A stretch of 61,014 nt of DNA from Gemmatimonadaceae bacterium. Its GTDB lineage: Bacteria > Gemmatimonadota > Gemmatimonadetes > Gemmatimonadales > Gemmatimonadaceae. The notes below the pieces were generated by a model, which saw only the letters and a list, made by a program, of their open reading frames with translations, made no database searches and was not told the DNA's origin. A program made the translations under genes and the position numbers. Every line of letters starts with the position of its first letter. Position 1 is the stretch's first letter. The DNA is taken from contig DASUGD010000178.1 of NCBI GenBank assembly GCA_036274195.1, positions 1 to 61,014 of the forward strand. Direction: 5' to 3'. Positions 1 to 9,648 of the stretch are shown piece by piece.

Positions 1-454
1 AGAACCGACAATCGACGACGCGAGCGAGGCGGGGCTCGGCGAAGGCGAGCCGCTCGATCGCGTCGTTCAGTTGAAGCATGGCTTCAGGCTGATCCTCGGC
101 CGGAACCACCTCGCTATTCAGCGTCACCCGCTGCCTGTGGCCCTCGCGTTTTTCGGCGAGGCGGGCCCGGGCGCGATCGACGAGCACATGCCGCATGACG
201 ACCGATGCCAGTGCGATGAAGTGCGCGCGATCGCGCCAGGTCGCACCCGGCTGGTCCGCGAGCTTCAGGTAGGCTTCGTGAACGAGCCCGGTGGTGGAGA
301 GCGTGTTACCGGGCTCTCTGGCGGACAGTTGCCGTCGGGCGATCTCGCGGAGCTCGTCGTACACGGCAGGCAGCAGCCCATCGAGGCTGGCGGGATCGCC
401 GGACCTCGCTTCGTTGGTGGAGTTGGCCCCCCCTGCCGACAGCCGCGTGGTCAC
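1..454 (-). CDS. ECF-type RNA polymerase sigma factor (TIGR02999/ECF43-like), partial; C-terminus runs off the window start
   Basis: Minus-strand frame with no stop inside the window (so absent from the ORF track) translates to ...SLDGLLPAVYDELREIARRQL...TTGLVHEAYLKLADQPGATWRDRAHFIALASVVMRHVLVDRARARLAEKR...MLQLNDAIERLAFAEPRLARVVDCRF. This is closely similar to the sigma factor at 11569..12156. Start is uncertain: GTG near 454 or TTG near 484. Confidence 0.65.
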   Translation of the reverse strand, partial: MTTRLSAGGANSTNEARSGDPASLDGLLPAVYDELREIARRQLSAREPGNTLSTTGLVHEAYLKLADQPGATWRDRAHFIALASVVMRHVLVDRARARLAEKREGHRQRVTLNSEVVPAEDQPEAMLQLNDAIERLAFAEPRLARVVDCRF

Positions 455-536
455 GAGTCGAAGCCTATCGAGGTTGGGTGCCAAGGTACAATCCGTCGGC
501 GGGAGCCGCCATGTACGATAGGGCGGCAGGCAGCAG

Positions 537-587
537 GCGACTGGCGACTGGCGACTGGCGACTGGCGACTGGCGACTGGCGACTGGC
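537..587. repeat. Tandem heptamer microsatellite (GCGACTG)x7 in a divergent promoter region
   Basis: Seven perfect head-to-tail copies of gcgactg between the sigma-factor start (~454, minus) and the M20 peptidase start (704, plus). Confidence 0.95.
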
Positions 588-703
588 AATACGTTGTGCG
601 AGCCAGCGTCTCGCGCCAGTTTCGGTACGGGCGTGCCGCTCCGAAGCGGCTCGGACCCGCATGACTCACACGTTAGGCACTCTGATCTCGCGAGGATTCT
701 TTC

Positions 704-2107
704 ATGATCAAGCGCATCGCGGCATGCACCATCCTGTGGGCCGCAGCCGCTCACGCGCAGAACAAGGCCCTTCCGCCGGAGCCCGAGCGTCAGGTCGCAC
801 GCGAGATCTACAAGGAGATGGTCGAGGTGAAATCCGGGTTCACGACCGGTGCGACGACGCCGATCGCGGAGAACGTCGCACGCCGCCTGAAGGCGGCCGG
901 GTTTCCCGAGGCGGACATCTTCGTCGGCGGTGCGATCCCGACCAAGGGGAACGTGGTGGTCAGGTACCGCGGCACCGGCAAGCGTCGCCCGATCCTGCTG
1001 CTCGCTCACATCGACGTCGTGGAAGCGAAGCCGGAAGACTGGAGCATGGATCCGTTCACGCTCGTCGAGAAGGACGGCTACTTCTATGGCCGAGGGACGG
1101 GCGATGACAAGGCGCAGGCGGCGATCTGGATCGCCAACCTGATCCGGTACAAGCGTGAGGGATACAAGCCCGATCGCGACATCATCGTGGCGCTCACGGC
1201 CGACGAGGAAGGCGGCGGTCCGTATAACGGCGTGAGCTGGCTGCTCAAGAACAAGCGCGAGCTCATCGATGCCGAGCTCGCGCTCAACGAGGGTGGATGG
1301 GGGGAGGCGTTAGGCGATACGAAGATCTCGAACGACGTCCAGGTCAGCGAGAAGTACGTCATCAACTATCGGTTCGAGGTCCGGAACAAGGGTGGCCACA
1401 GCTCGCTGCCCGTCGACGACAACGCGATCTACCACCTCGCCGGCGCGCTGGACCGGATTGCGAAGTTTCGCTTCCCGCTGGCGACGAACGACGTGACGCG
1501 CGCGTATTTCCGCGCGATGTCCAAGATCGAAAAGGGCCCGATCAGCGCCGACCTGGCCAAGGTTGCCGACGGCGACACGGCGGCGATGGCCCGGGTCGCG
1601 AAGGCGTCCACGCCGTGGAACGCGACGCTGCGCACGACGTGCGTCGCAACCCAGCTCGAGGGGGGCCACGCGAGGAACGCGCTTCCCCAGCTTGCGGCCG
1701 CGAACGTCAACTGTCGCGTGCTGCCCGACGATCAGATCGAATACGTCACGAAAACGCTGACGCAGGTGGTGGGAGATACCGCGGTGAGCATCAAGGTGGA
1801 TGGCACCCCAGTGCGTGGCCCCGCGTCGCCCATGCGCGCCGACCTGCTGCAGGCAGTCGCGTCGGTCACGAGCTCGGTGTGGCCCGGCGTTCCGACGGTC
1901 CCGATGATGGTGATGGGTGGGACGGACGGAATGTACCTGCGTCCGGCCGGTATTCCGACGTACGGTGTGCAGGGCATCTTCTACGACCGCGGGGACATTC
2001 GATTCCACGGCCGCGATGAGCGGGTGAAGGTGCAGTCGTTCTACGAGGGGCAGACGTTTTTGTACGAGCTCGTGAAGCGGCTCACGGGGGGACCACCAAT
2101 CGCCTGA
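704..2107 (+). CDS. M20 family metallopeptidase (ArgE/DapE/carboxypeptidase G2-like), secreted
   Basis: 467 aa ORF with N-terminal signal peptide MIKRIAACTILWAAAAHA. Contains the HIDVV and GRGTGDDK motifs typical of peptidase M20. Confidence 0.9.
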   Translation: MIKRIAACTILWAAAAHAQNKALPPEPERQVAREIYKEMVEVKSGFTTGATTPIAENVARRLKAAGFPEADIFVGGAIPTKGNVVVRYRGTGKRRPILLLAHIDVVEAKPEDWSMDPFTLVEKDGYFYGRGTGDDKAQAAIWIANLIRYKREGYKPDRDIIVALTADEEGGGPYNGVSWLLKNKRELIDAELALNEGGWGEALGDTKISNDVQVSEKYVINYRFEVRNKGGHSSLPVDDNAIYHLAGALDRIAKFRFPLATNDVTRAYFRAMSKIEKGPISADLAKVADGDTAAMARVAKASTPWNATLRTTCVATQLEGGHARNALPQLAAANVNCRVLPDDQIEYVTKTLTQVVGDTAVSIKVDGTPVRGPASPMRADLLQAVASVTSSVWPGVPTVPMMVMGGTDGMYLRPAGIPTYGVQGIFYDRGDIRFHGRDERVKVQSFYEGQTFLYELVKRLTGGPPIA

Positions 2108-2114
2108 CAACGCC

Positions 2115-3626
2115 ATGCGCATTCCGGCTCGCTGTTGTCTGCTGAGTCTCGCCCTCTCCGCCACGGGTCGCGCGGACGCCCAGCGCTCCATCGGGGCGTT
2201 CGACGGGCAGACCGATGTCGGTCGCGTGAGTCATGGCGGGAGTGTGTCGTACGACGCCGCGCGACAGGGCTATCTCGTCACCGGCGCGGGCCGAAACATG
2301 TGGGGATCGGAGGATGACTTCCACTTCGTGTGGAAGCGCCTAACGGGTAACTTCATCCTCTCCACACGGGCGTCGTTCGTCGGCCGCGGCACGGAGCCCC
2401 ACCGGAAGCTCGGCTGGACGATCCGGCCGTCGCTCGAGCCGAACGCCGCTCACGTGTCGGCGGCGGTGCACGGCAACGGCCTGATGTCGCTGCAGTTCCG
2501 CCGGGCGGCTGGCGGGAACACCGAGGAGATCAAGTCGCCCGACAGTCTGCCGGACCCGAATGTCGTTCTCCAGCTCGAGCGCCGCGACGGGACGTATCTC
2601 ATGTCGGTCGCGCGATTCGGCGATACGCTCGTGACGCAGCAGCTCACGGGCGTGTCGTTGCCCGACACCGTGTACGTCGGCCTCTACGTGTGCGCGCATA
2701 ACGACACGACCGTGGAGCGTGGCACGTTCAGCAACGTGCGCATCACGACGCCCGCCAAGCGCGACTTCGTTCCTTACCGCGACTACCTCGGCAGCAACCT
2801 GGAGATCCTCGACGTCGCGACGGGCAACACGACGATCGTGCACGAGTACCGCGGATCGTTTCAGGCGCCCAACTGGACGCCCGATGGCAAGGCGCTGATC
2901 TACGCGCAGGAGGGACGCCTCTACCGGTTCGACCTCTCCGCCCGTTCGCCCACACCGATCAATACGGGCTTCGCGACGCGCAACAACAACGACCACGTCC
3001 TTTCGTTCGACGGCAAGAGGCTCGGAATCAGCCACCACGCGGCGGAGGACAGTGGGGCATCCATCGTCTATACCGTGCCGGTGGCGGGCGGAACGCCGAA
3101 GCGCGTGACCGCGAAAGGCCCGTCGTACCTGCACGGCTGGTCGCCGGATGGCCGCTGGCTCGTGTATACGGGCCAGCGGAACGACCAATTCGATGTCTAC
3201 AAGATTCCGGCCGGCGGCGGCGACGAGATCCGCCTAACGTCCACACCCGGGCTCGACGACGGGCCGGAGTTCACGCCCGACGGGAAATACATCTACTTCA
3301 ACTCCTCGAGAACGGGACGCATGCAGATCTGGCGCATGCGCCCCGACGGGAGTGGCCAGGAGCAGGTCACGAACGACGGCTTCAACAACTGGTTCCCGCA
3401 TATCTCGCCGGACGGGAAGTGGATCGCGTACATCGCGTTTCCTCCGGACGTCGCGCCCGACGACCACCCGTTCTACAAGCACGTGCTGATCCGGTTGATG
3501 CCCATTCGGGGTGGGCCCGCGCGGGTGATCGCGTACGTGTACGGCGGCCAGGGTACGATCAACGTCCCGTCATGGTCGCCGGACGGCAAGCGGCTGGCGT
3601 TCGTGAGTAACTCCGGCCAGCCGTAG
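2115..3626 (+). CDS. PD40/TolB-like beta-propeller repeat protein with an N-terminal jelly-roll-like domain, secreted
   Basis: 503 aa ORF with a signal peptide. Repeated W(S/T)PDGK motifs: WTPDGKALIY, WSPDGRWLVY, FTPDGKYIYF, ISPDGKWIAY, WSPDGKRLAF. Confidence 0.85.
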   Translation: MRIPARCCLLSLALSATGRADAQRSIGAFDGQTDVGRVSHGGSVSYDAARQGYLVTGAGRNMWGSEDDFHFVWKRLTGNFILSTRASFVGRGTEPHRKLGWTIRPSLEPNAAHVSAAVHGNGLMSLQFRRAAGGNTEEIKSPDSLPDPNVVLQLERRDGTYLMSVARFGDTLVTQQLTGVSLPDTVYVGLYVCAHNDTTVERGTFSNVRITTPAKRDFVPYRDYLGSNLEILDVATGNTTIVHEYRGSFQAPNWTPDGKALIYAQEGRLYRFDLSARSPTPINTGFATRNNNDHVLSFDGKRLGISHHAAEDSGASIVYTVPVAGGTPKRVTAKGPSYLHGWSPDGRWLVYTGQRNDQFDVYKIPAGGGDEIRLTSTPGLDDGPEFTPDGKYIYFNSSRTGRMQIWRMRPDGSGQEQVTNDGFNNWFPHISPDGKWIAYIAFPPDVAPDDHPFYKHVLIRLMPIRGGPARVIAYVYGGQGTINVPSWSPDGKRLAFVSNSGQP

Positions 3627-3647
3627 CCTAGCAAGAACAGGGCTTAT

Positions 3648-3793
3648 TTAACCACGGAGGTCACGGAGAAAACGAATTGAACCGCGGAGGACGCGGAGGC
3701 GCGGAGTGACCATTCCGACCGGCATCTCCGCGATCCTTTGCGTCCTCCGCGGTAAGAAAGCGTAATTGCTTTCTCCGTGACCTCCGTGGTAAA
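3648..3793. repeat. Nested inverted-repeat (hairpin) element between convergent genes
   Basis: Outer arms ttaaccacggaggtcacggagaaa / tttctccgtgacctccgtggtaaa, and inner arms accgcggaggacgc / gcgtcctccgcggt. Confidence 0.9.
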
Positions 3794-3803
3794 AAAACAA
3801 CTG

Positions 3804-4961
3804 TCACGGCCTCGACACCCCGTCGAGCGACTCCTGGTGGACCTTCCGAACCAGCGCCGAGACGAGTGACTTGAATCGCGGGTCGGACTCGGTCGCGTTA
3901 GGCGTGTACCGGCGCCCAATCGAGTCCATGTTCACCACGGCCTGGACCTCCGCCAGCGACACGAGGCCGCGCTCCAACGCCGCATGCACCTGGGCAATGA
4001 TCGACTCGAACAGGTCCCCCGTGAGCTGGAGATACGCCTTGTCGTGAAACGCGGGCCCCTGCCCCGGGACCACGATGGTCGCGTCCAGTCGCTCCAGCCC
4101 GCGAAGGCTGGTGAGCCACGGGGTGATCGCGTACGAGTTCGTCGTCCACGGGGGCGGTCCATTGCCTTCCTCCTGGGTGACGAGCGCATCGCCCATTACG
4201 AGGATCTTCTCCGCCGGCAGGTACAGCACCGTCGAGCCCGTGGCGTCGCCCGTCACGCTGATGAGCCGGAACTCGCGGCCACCGCTCCACAACACCAGCG
4301 AATCGTTGTAGGCGATCGTCGGCAGCACCCGTTTCACGTTCGCGACTTCTGCCGCAAACGCGGCAGTCTCGGCGATGTCCTTCTCGATCGTCCGGCGCGC
4401 CTCGGCCGTGAGCGGCGACCCGTCGCGCTGCTTCCCGGTTTGCACGGCCGTGTCGAGAGCCGCGCGCTGCCGGGCGACCTGTGTATTGAGGCCCTCGGCA
4501 AAGAATCGAGACCCCATGCGCTTCATGTAGTCGCGCGTCTCGGTCGTGGCGACGATCTGGAGTCCCGGGAACGCTTTCACATACTCGTCGTTCCCCGACC
4601 AGTGATCCTGATGCCAGTGCGAGTTGATCAGCGTTCGCACCGGTTTCGATGTGATCTTCCGGATCTCGGCGATCACCATCCGCGCGGTCCGAGCGCGCGT
4701 GTTGCTGTCGAAGACGGTGACGTCCTGGTCGTTGACGATCACGACGACGTTGGTGGCCGTCCACAGGTCTAGCGCGGAGGGTGCCCGGAAGAGGTAGATC
4801 CCGTCGCCAAGGGCCTCTTTCGTGAGCGAGGTATCCGGCGGCCCTTCGGCACACAGCGGACGCGCGGTGACGATGAGCCCCACGCACAGGGCAACCGAGT
4901 GGACGGCGGTGGCGACGATCTGGCGCGATGTCATGGCGAGGTTCGTTAGGTGAAACAGCAC
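3804..4961 (-). CDS. MBL-fold metallo-hydrolase, secreted
   Basis: 385 aa ORF. HWHQDHWSGN (HxHxDH) metallo-beta-lactamase fold motif. N-terminal hydrophobic signal. Confidence 0.85.
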   Translation of the reverse strand: MLFHLTNLAMTSRQIVATAVHSVALCVGLIVTARPLCAEGPPDTSLTKEALGDGIYLFRAPSALDLWTATNVVVIVNDQDVTVFDSNTRARTARMVIAEIRKITSKPVRTLINSHWHQDHWSGNDEYVKAFPGLQIVATTETRDYMKRMGSRFFAEGLNTQVARQRAALDTAVQTGKQRDGSPLTAEARRTIEKDIAETAAFAAEVANVKRVLPTIAYNDSLVLWSGGREFRLISVTGDATGSTVLYLPAEKILVMGDALVTQEEGNGPPPWTTNSYAITPWLTSLRGLERLDATIVVPGQGPAFHDKAYLQLTGDLFESIIAQVHAALERGLVSLAEVQAVVNMDSIGRRYTPNATESDPRFKSLVSALVRKVHQESLDGVSRP

Positions 4962-5148
4962 GGAGTGTCCAGAATTCGTCCCCGAGGCTCGGCGCGAAAA
5001 GGCGGCGTCCGCGAACCGTCACGAACCGCCCGTGAAGCGTCGGTTTCGCGTGCCGACTTGCCGGCGGCACGTCCGGCATCAATGTTCTACAGAGATGCGC
5101 CGGATGCTCGACGCGCAGGCTCTGTCCCGCGACCTAGTCGCTCATGCC

Positions 5149-5586
5149 ATGACCACGCACCTCTCGCGCATCACCTGCGCCGCCTGCCTCGTCCTGGCAG
5201 CTGCGGCTTCCGCGTGTCACAGGAATCGGCCACCGGACCCCGGCCCGGCCGTCACGCGCAAGGAGATCGAGGACAAGCAAGGCGAGCCGATCGACAAGCA
5301 GATCCAGTCGAAGTCCTCGGGCGTCGTCGTCACCCAGACGCCCGACGGCGGCATCGCCGTCAACATTCGCGGCAGCTCGTCACAACTGGCGAGCAATCAA
5401 CCGCTGTATGTCATCGACGACATTCCGATCACCCCGGGTCCGGGCGGCGCGCTCGTGGGGATCAACCCCCACGACATCGAATCGATCGCGGTGTTGAAGA
5501 ATCCCGAGGACACGGCCATCTACGGCTCCCGGGGCGGGAACGGCGTCATCGTCATCAAGACGAAGCGGCCGGGGAAGCGTCCCTGA
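5149..5586 (+). CDS. Standalone TonB-dependent-receptor plug-domain lipoprotein
   Basis: Start trimmed to internal Met (MTTHLSRITCAACLVLAAAASAC, lipobox). Plug-like sequence GVVVTQTPDGG...IRGSSS...PLYVIDDIPI...IESIAVLKNPEDTAIYGSRGGNGVIVIKTKR. Confidence 0.75.
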   Translation: MTTHLSRITCAACLVLAAAASACHRNRPPDPGPAVTRKEIEDKQGEPIDKQIQSKSSGVVVTQTPDGGIAVNIRGSSSQLASNQPLYVIDDIPITPGPGGALVGINPHDIESIAVLKNPEDTAIYGSRGGNGVIVIKTKRPGKRP

Positions 5587-5702
5587 CGAGCCAGGTCACA
5601 GCGGCGGCCGCTCGATCGATTCTCCGGCATCGCGTTAGGTTAGATCGTGAACGCAGCGCTTGACGAGGGAGCCGCCGGCCTCCAAGTAGTAGGTTCCCTC
5701 AA

Positions 5703-6968
5703 ATGAGCGCGATGGCAACACCGACCGCAGCGCCCGTCGCCCCAGGGGCCGAGCAGCCTTCTGCTTCCCTCAACGGACCGCCGCGCGAGCCGGCGGTCCC
5801 GGTCGCTTACAGCTCGGAAACAGGTCGCACGTACCGGCTCGACCGGCTCATCGGCAAGGGAGGATTCGGCGAGGTCTACCTCGCCACGCCGATCCCACGC
5901 GACGGGCTCCCCGAACAGGTCTGCGTCAAGGTCAGCGACCGCCTTTCCGCGTGGCTTCGCGAGGCGTACTTCGCGGAACTGCTCGCGCGTGAGCCCCGCG
6001 CGCTCAAGGTGTACGACAGGTTCGCCGAGCTCGAGGGTCAGAAGATGCGGTACTGCCTGGCGATGGAGTACGCTCAGCACGGCGATCTCGGAGCGTGGCT
6101 CGCCAAGAAGGGCGCGGTCCCCGAACGAATCGTGCGCAGGGAGATCGCCGCGATCCTGAACGCGCTGAATGCCCTGCACAAGGGACAGGCCCTGCACCGC
6201 GATCTCACGCCATTCAACGTGTTCGTGTGCGAGGACGAGCAGCTCAAGCTCGGCGACTTCGGTATCGCGACCCATCAGCTGAGTCGCCGCGGTGTCACGG
6301 CCGACGCGTTCAACATGTTCAACGCGCCGACGGAGATCGCGTGGGGCAAGGTGCGACGCTGGCAGCAGCGCGACGACATCTTCCAGGTGGGACAGATCGC
6401 GGCGATGCTGTTGCGCGGCGACGTCACGAGCCCGATGCGCAGCAAGGATGTGCGCCGCCTGCCGTGCAGCGATCAATTGAAGGAGGTCATTCACCGCTGT
6501 CTTGGCGCGAGAGGGAAGCGCTACGAGGCGGCGGGTGAGCTGATCTCGGCACTGCGGCACCGGCCGGAGGAGGTGCGACCCGGTCGAAGCCGGGTCGCGA
6601 GCCTGGACGGCAAGCGGATCTCGATCACCGGCTTCCTGAGCCGCCCGCGCAGCGAAGCGATTGCCGCGGCGAGGAAGGCCGGCGCGACCTTTCAGTCGAA
6701 GCCGGGCCCATCGACCGACGTGCTGGTGCGAGGCAGACCTAACGCGCTGCAGATCGCCGGTACCGTGGGTGGTCTCAAGATCATGGAGATCCGGCGGCTC
6801 GCCGCGCGCGGACACCCGATCGCGGTGATTGGCGAGAAGCAGTTCTGGAAGCTCGTGGAACCCGCCTCGCGCTCCGCGGCGAGCTCGCGTCGCGGAAAGT
6901 CCAAGCCGGTGGGGCGCACAGCCCGCGCGAGCACCGGTCGGCGCGTGAGGGCGGAATCCCGGCGGTAA
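5703..6968 (+). CDS. Ser/Thr protein kinase with a C-terminal BRCT domain (atypical HRDLTPFN catalytic loop)
   Basis: GKGGFGEVY glycine loop, VCVKV, HRDLTPFNVFV, LGDFGIA. The C-terminal ~90 aa (GKRISITGFLSRPRSEAIAAARKAGATFQSKPGPSTDVLVRG...) resembles the BRCT domain of NAD-dependent DNA ligases. Confidence 0.85.
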   Translation: MSAMATPTAAPVAPGAEQPSASLNGPPREPAVPVAYSSETGRTYRLDRLIGKGGFGEVYLATPIPRDGLPEQVCVKVSDRLSAWLREAYFAELLAREPRALKVYDRFAELEGQKMRYCLAMEYAQHGDLGAWLAKKGAVPERIVRREIAAILNALNALHKGQALHRDLTPFNVFVCEDEQLKLGDFGIATHQLSRRGVTADAFNMFNAPTEIAWGKVRRWQQRDDIFQVGQIAAMLLRGDVTSPMRSKDVRRLPCSDQLKEVIHRCLGARGKRYEAAGELISALRHRPEEVRPGRSRVASLDGKRISITGFLSRPRSEAIAAARKAGATFQSKPGPSTDVLVRGRPNALQIAGTVGGLKIMEIRRLAARGHPIAVIGEKQFWKLVEPASRSAASSRRGKSKPVGRTARASTGRRVRAESRR

Positions 6969-6991
6969 CCCTACCCGCCGGGGTGCCTGCA

Positions 6992-8599
6992 TCATCGCGT
7001 TCCCTGCTCGCGCTGCCGCTCCGCCGCCGCCAGCCATTCGGCCATTCGCTGATCGTTCGCCCCGTACTGTGCCCAGCCGCGTGCCGTGCAGTTCCAGCGA
7101 TAGTCTTTGATCGACATGTCGATGCCGCGATCGATGAGGTACTGCATCGACGGGTAGTTGTCGTGGAACACAAGCTCGTGCAGGATGCTGGCCGGCTCGT
7201 GCGAGCTCCACGTCGTGTTGATGTCCGCGCCACGCTCCAACAGGAAATCGGCCACGTCGAAGTGGCGGTTGATGACGGCGAAGGCGAACGCCGAGTCGAG
7301 AATGCGTTGCGCATTCGGCGCGCCGGGCGGGAGCTCGTTCCGCGCCTGTGGGAGGTTGTACGGATAGTGGTGCTCGAGATCGCCCAGCACCGACGCTCCG
7401 GATGGATCGAACCAGCGCTGCACGCTCGTCAGGTCTCCGGTGCCCGCCGCGTGTGGCAGGTCGTCCGGCAACGGCCAGATACGGGTGAGCAGGGGAAGCA
7501 GGTGCGGCTTCTCGTAGGTCAGTGCGAACTCGATTGCCTGCGATGGCGGCGGCGGGTGGCGCCGACCTAACGCGGGGTCGAGGTCGAGCAGGGCGACGAT
7601 GAGCTCACCGCGATCGCGCATGACGGCGCGCTCGATCATCCCCACCTGAAATCCCACGTGATCGTCGTCGAGCAGCCACCGGTCGTGCTGCAACCCGGTC
7701 ACGAACCCCGCGAGTTCGCCATCCGCGATCGCGCGCAGGACCTGCTCCATGACGAACACCTGCCACGGCCCGGTCGGGTTGGCGTGCGAGAAGGCGAGCG
7801 AGCGTCGGTCGATGAGGTACCGAATGAAGTCACGGCGACCGACGCCCGCATCCACGTTCTGGCCAAGCTGTGCGTCGAGTGCAATGGCGCGGTCGAGCAG
7901 CACCGACGCAACTGCTTCATGCTGGAAGCTGCACGCGCACAGGAACGCGTCGTTGACCTCGGCGAGATCGTGCCGGTTGTGGCCGAGCGAGGACCGGACC
8001 GCGTCGAGATCGCCGAGCGCGGCGGAGTACTCGAGCGTGTCGGGCAGGAGGCTCTTGCGCCGAAACAGCTGCAGCAGTCCCCGGGCGCGGGAGGCAACGA
8101 CGCTCTCGGGCACGGATGGCAGCACGACCGCACCGGCATCGATCAGCACCTCCGCACATTCCGCGCGCGTGAAATCCCGCTCTCGCTGCGGATCGAAAGC
8201 GTCGCCATAGGCGCTCGCGGCGAATCCCAGCAGGCTCTGGTTGCCGTCAGTTCCCGTCCAGGAGAGCAGCTGCGGAAAGTCTCCCAGGAGCTTCGTTAGG
8301 CGCTCGACGTCATTGTCGTGGATGGCACGTCGCGCCTGGATCGCTGCCCATTCCAGCCCATTGCCGAGACGTTGGCTGACTTCGGCAATGAGATCGTGCC
8401 AGCCGTCGAAGCCGTATTCACGCGCGATCACGAGCTGCGCGTTGCGCTGTGTCAGCGGCAGGCGGACTTTCGGCAGCTGCGCTCGCACGCGGGTGACGGC
8501 GGCCGCGTCACCCGCTGCGACGTCGCGTGCAAGCTTCTTGGCCTGTTTGCGGAGGGACTCGAGCGACGGACGCTCGGGGAGGGACTTGGACGCGGTCAT
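6992..8599 (-). CDS. Ankyrin-repeat domain protein
   Basis: 535 aa ORF with no competing frame. Repeated LIDAGA.. and LLERGADIN ankyrin-like units. Confidence 0.7.
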   Translation of the reverse strand: MTASKSLPERPSLESLRKQAKKLARDVAAGDAAAVTRVRAQLPKVRLPLTQRNAQLVIAREYGFDGWHDLIAEVSQRLGNGLEWAAIQARRAIHDNDVERLTKLLGDFPQLLSWTGTDGNQSLLGFAASAYGDAFDPQRERDFTRAECAEVLIDAGAVVLPSVPESVVASRARGLLQLFRRKSLLPDTLEYSAALGDLDAVRSSLGHNRHDLAEVNDAFLCACSFQHEAVASVLLDRAIALDAQLGQNVDAGVGRRDFIRYLIDRRSLAFSHANPTGPWQVFVMEQVLRAIADGELAGFVTGLQHDRWLLDDDHVGFQVGMIERAVMRDRGELIVALLDLDPALGRRHPPPPSQAIEFALTYEKPHLLPLLTRIWPLPDDLPHAAGTGDLTSVQRWFDPSGASVLGDLEHHYPYNLPQARNELPPGAPNAQRILDSAFAFAVINRHFDVADFLLERGADINTTWSSHEPASILHELVFHDNYPSMQYLIDRGIDMSIKDYRWNCTARGWAQYGANDQRMAEWLAAAERQREQGTR

Positions 8600-9056
8600 T
8601 GCTACCTCCTTTCATGATCGCCTGTATCCCGCTGAAGACCAGGCTGAAAGAAGGTGCATGCGCACGCTATTCAGACCGAAACAGGTGGGAGTGTTCCCTT
8701 GCCGCGGGTAGGAGGCGCCCTGTCAGCGCTCTGCCAGCAGTATCGAGAGACGCCGCTTCGGTGTCAACGGTGTCCCAGTGCGCACGGAGCAAATTTGCGA
8801 ACATCGGTGGAATCGATGTTCGAAATCTGCGTTAGGTCTTGCCGTTGCCGTTCCGATGGTCGGAATCCATTACTGTTCGGAATGGCAACAACAGCGGCAC
8901 ATCGCTGCCTATTGGGGATTCAGCACCGCCAGATGAGCGCGCCGCCAACGCGCTGCGCATCGACCTGCACCGGCGGTTCCTCGGAGTGTGAAAGCCAGCC
9001 CATGGCTTTCGCGGGTGGCCACCGAGTGCGAGAATAACTTCTGCAACGACTGACTT

Positions 9057-9647
9057 GTGGAGGCCACCGTGAAGAAGATCCAGGTTCAGGGCGTTCACCA
9101 CACCACCATCGTGGGATCCACAAAACAGAGCGCGATCGACTTCTGGTCCGGCGTGCTCGGCATGCCATTCGTGCTCGAGCAACCGAACCTCGGCAAGCCC
9201 GACGAGAATCACCTCTACTTCGATCCGGGCGATGGACGGCTGCTCACGGTCTTCACCAACGAGGGCCGCAACGATGCCCGACGTCCGGCACCGCGAGAGG
9301 TCGGGTGCGTGGAGCACCTCGCGTTCAACGTCTCGCGCGCCACGTTCACGCTCGTACCAGGGCGCCTGCGCGAACGCGGCATCGAGTTCATCCAGCGCGA
9401 CCGCGGCTTCATGGACTCGATCTACCTGCAGGACCCGAACGGACTCAAGGTCGAGCTCGCGTGCTACAAGTTCGAGACGCCCGAGGGCTTTCGCGACGTC
9501 GATGTGCTGATGACCGCGCAGCGGCTGCGCGTCGAGCGGGGCGATCACCACATCACCGAAGAGCACCTTGCCGACGCGATCGAGTCTCTGTTGTCGACAC
9601 GCGACCGGCTCGATCCCGCCGAAACGCCGGAACCGGCGGTACGTTAG
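9057..9647 (+). CDS. VOC family protein (glyoxalase/bleomycin-resistance/dioxygenase fold)
   Basis: 196 aa. HHTTIVG...FW..VLGM..V and a second half-domain EHLAFNV..., typical of the duplicated beta-alpha-beta-beta-beta VOC fold. Confidence 0.8.
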   Translation: MEATVKKIQVQGVHHTTIVGSTKQSAIDFWSGVLGMPFVLEQPNLGKPDENHLYFDPGDGRLLTVFTNEGRNDARRPAPREVGCVEHLAFNVSRATFTLVPGRLRERGIEFIQRDRGFMDSIYLQDPNGLKVELACYKFETPEGFRDVDVLMTAQRLRVERGDHHITEEHLADAIESLLSTRDRLDPAETPEPAVR

Positions 9648-9648
9648 G

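Noticed and set aside
71-664. 197-aa plus-strand ORF at the window start
   Set aside because: The translation is low-complexity and partly encoded by the (GCGACTG)7 repeat (GDWRLATGDWRLAT). The opposite strand encodes a clear ECF sigma factor, so this is a GC-rich shadow ORF.
3898-5082. 394-aa minus-strand ORF overlapping the MBL hydrolase gene
   Set aside because: Arg/Gly/Pro-rich translation with no motifs. A typical alternate-frame ORF of high-GC DNA. The MBL frame has the HxHxDH motif.
5640-7211. 523-aa minus-strand ORF antisense to the kinase-BRCT gene
   Set aside because: No protein-like features. The sense-strand kinase is unambiguous.
8654-9037. 127-aa ORF in the long intergenic region
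   Set aside because: Cys/Arg-rich implausible translation, no RBS, no similarity I can recognise.
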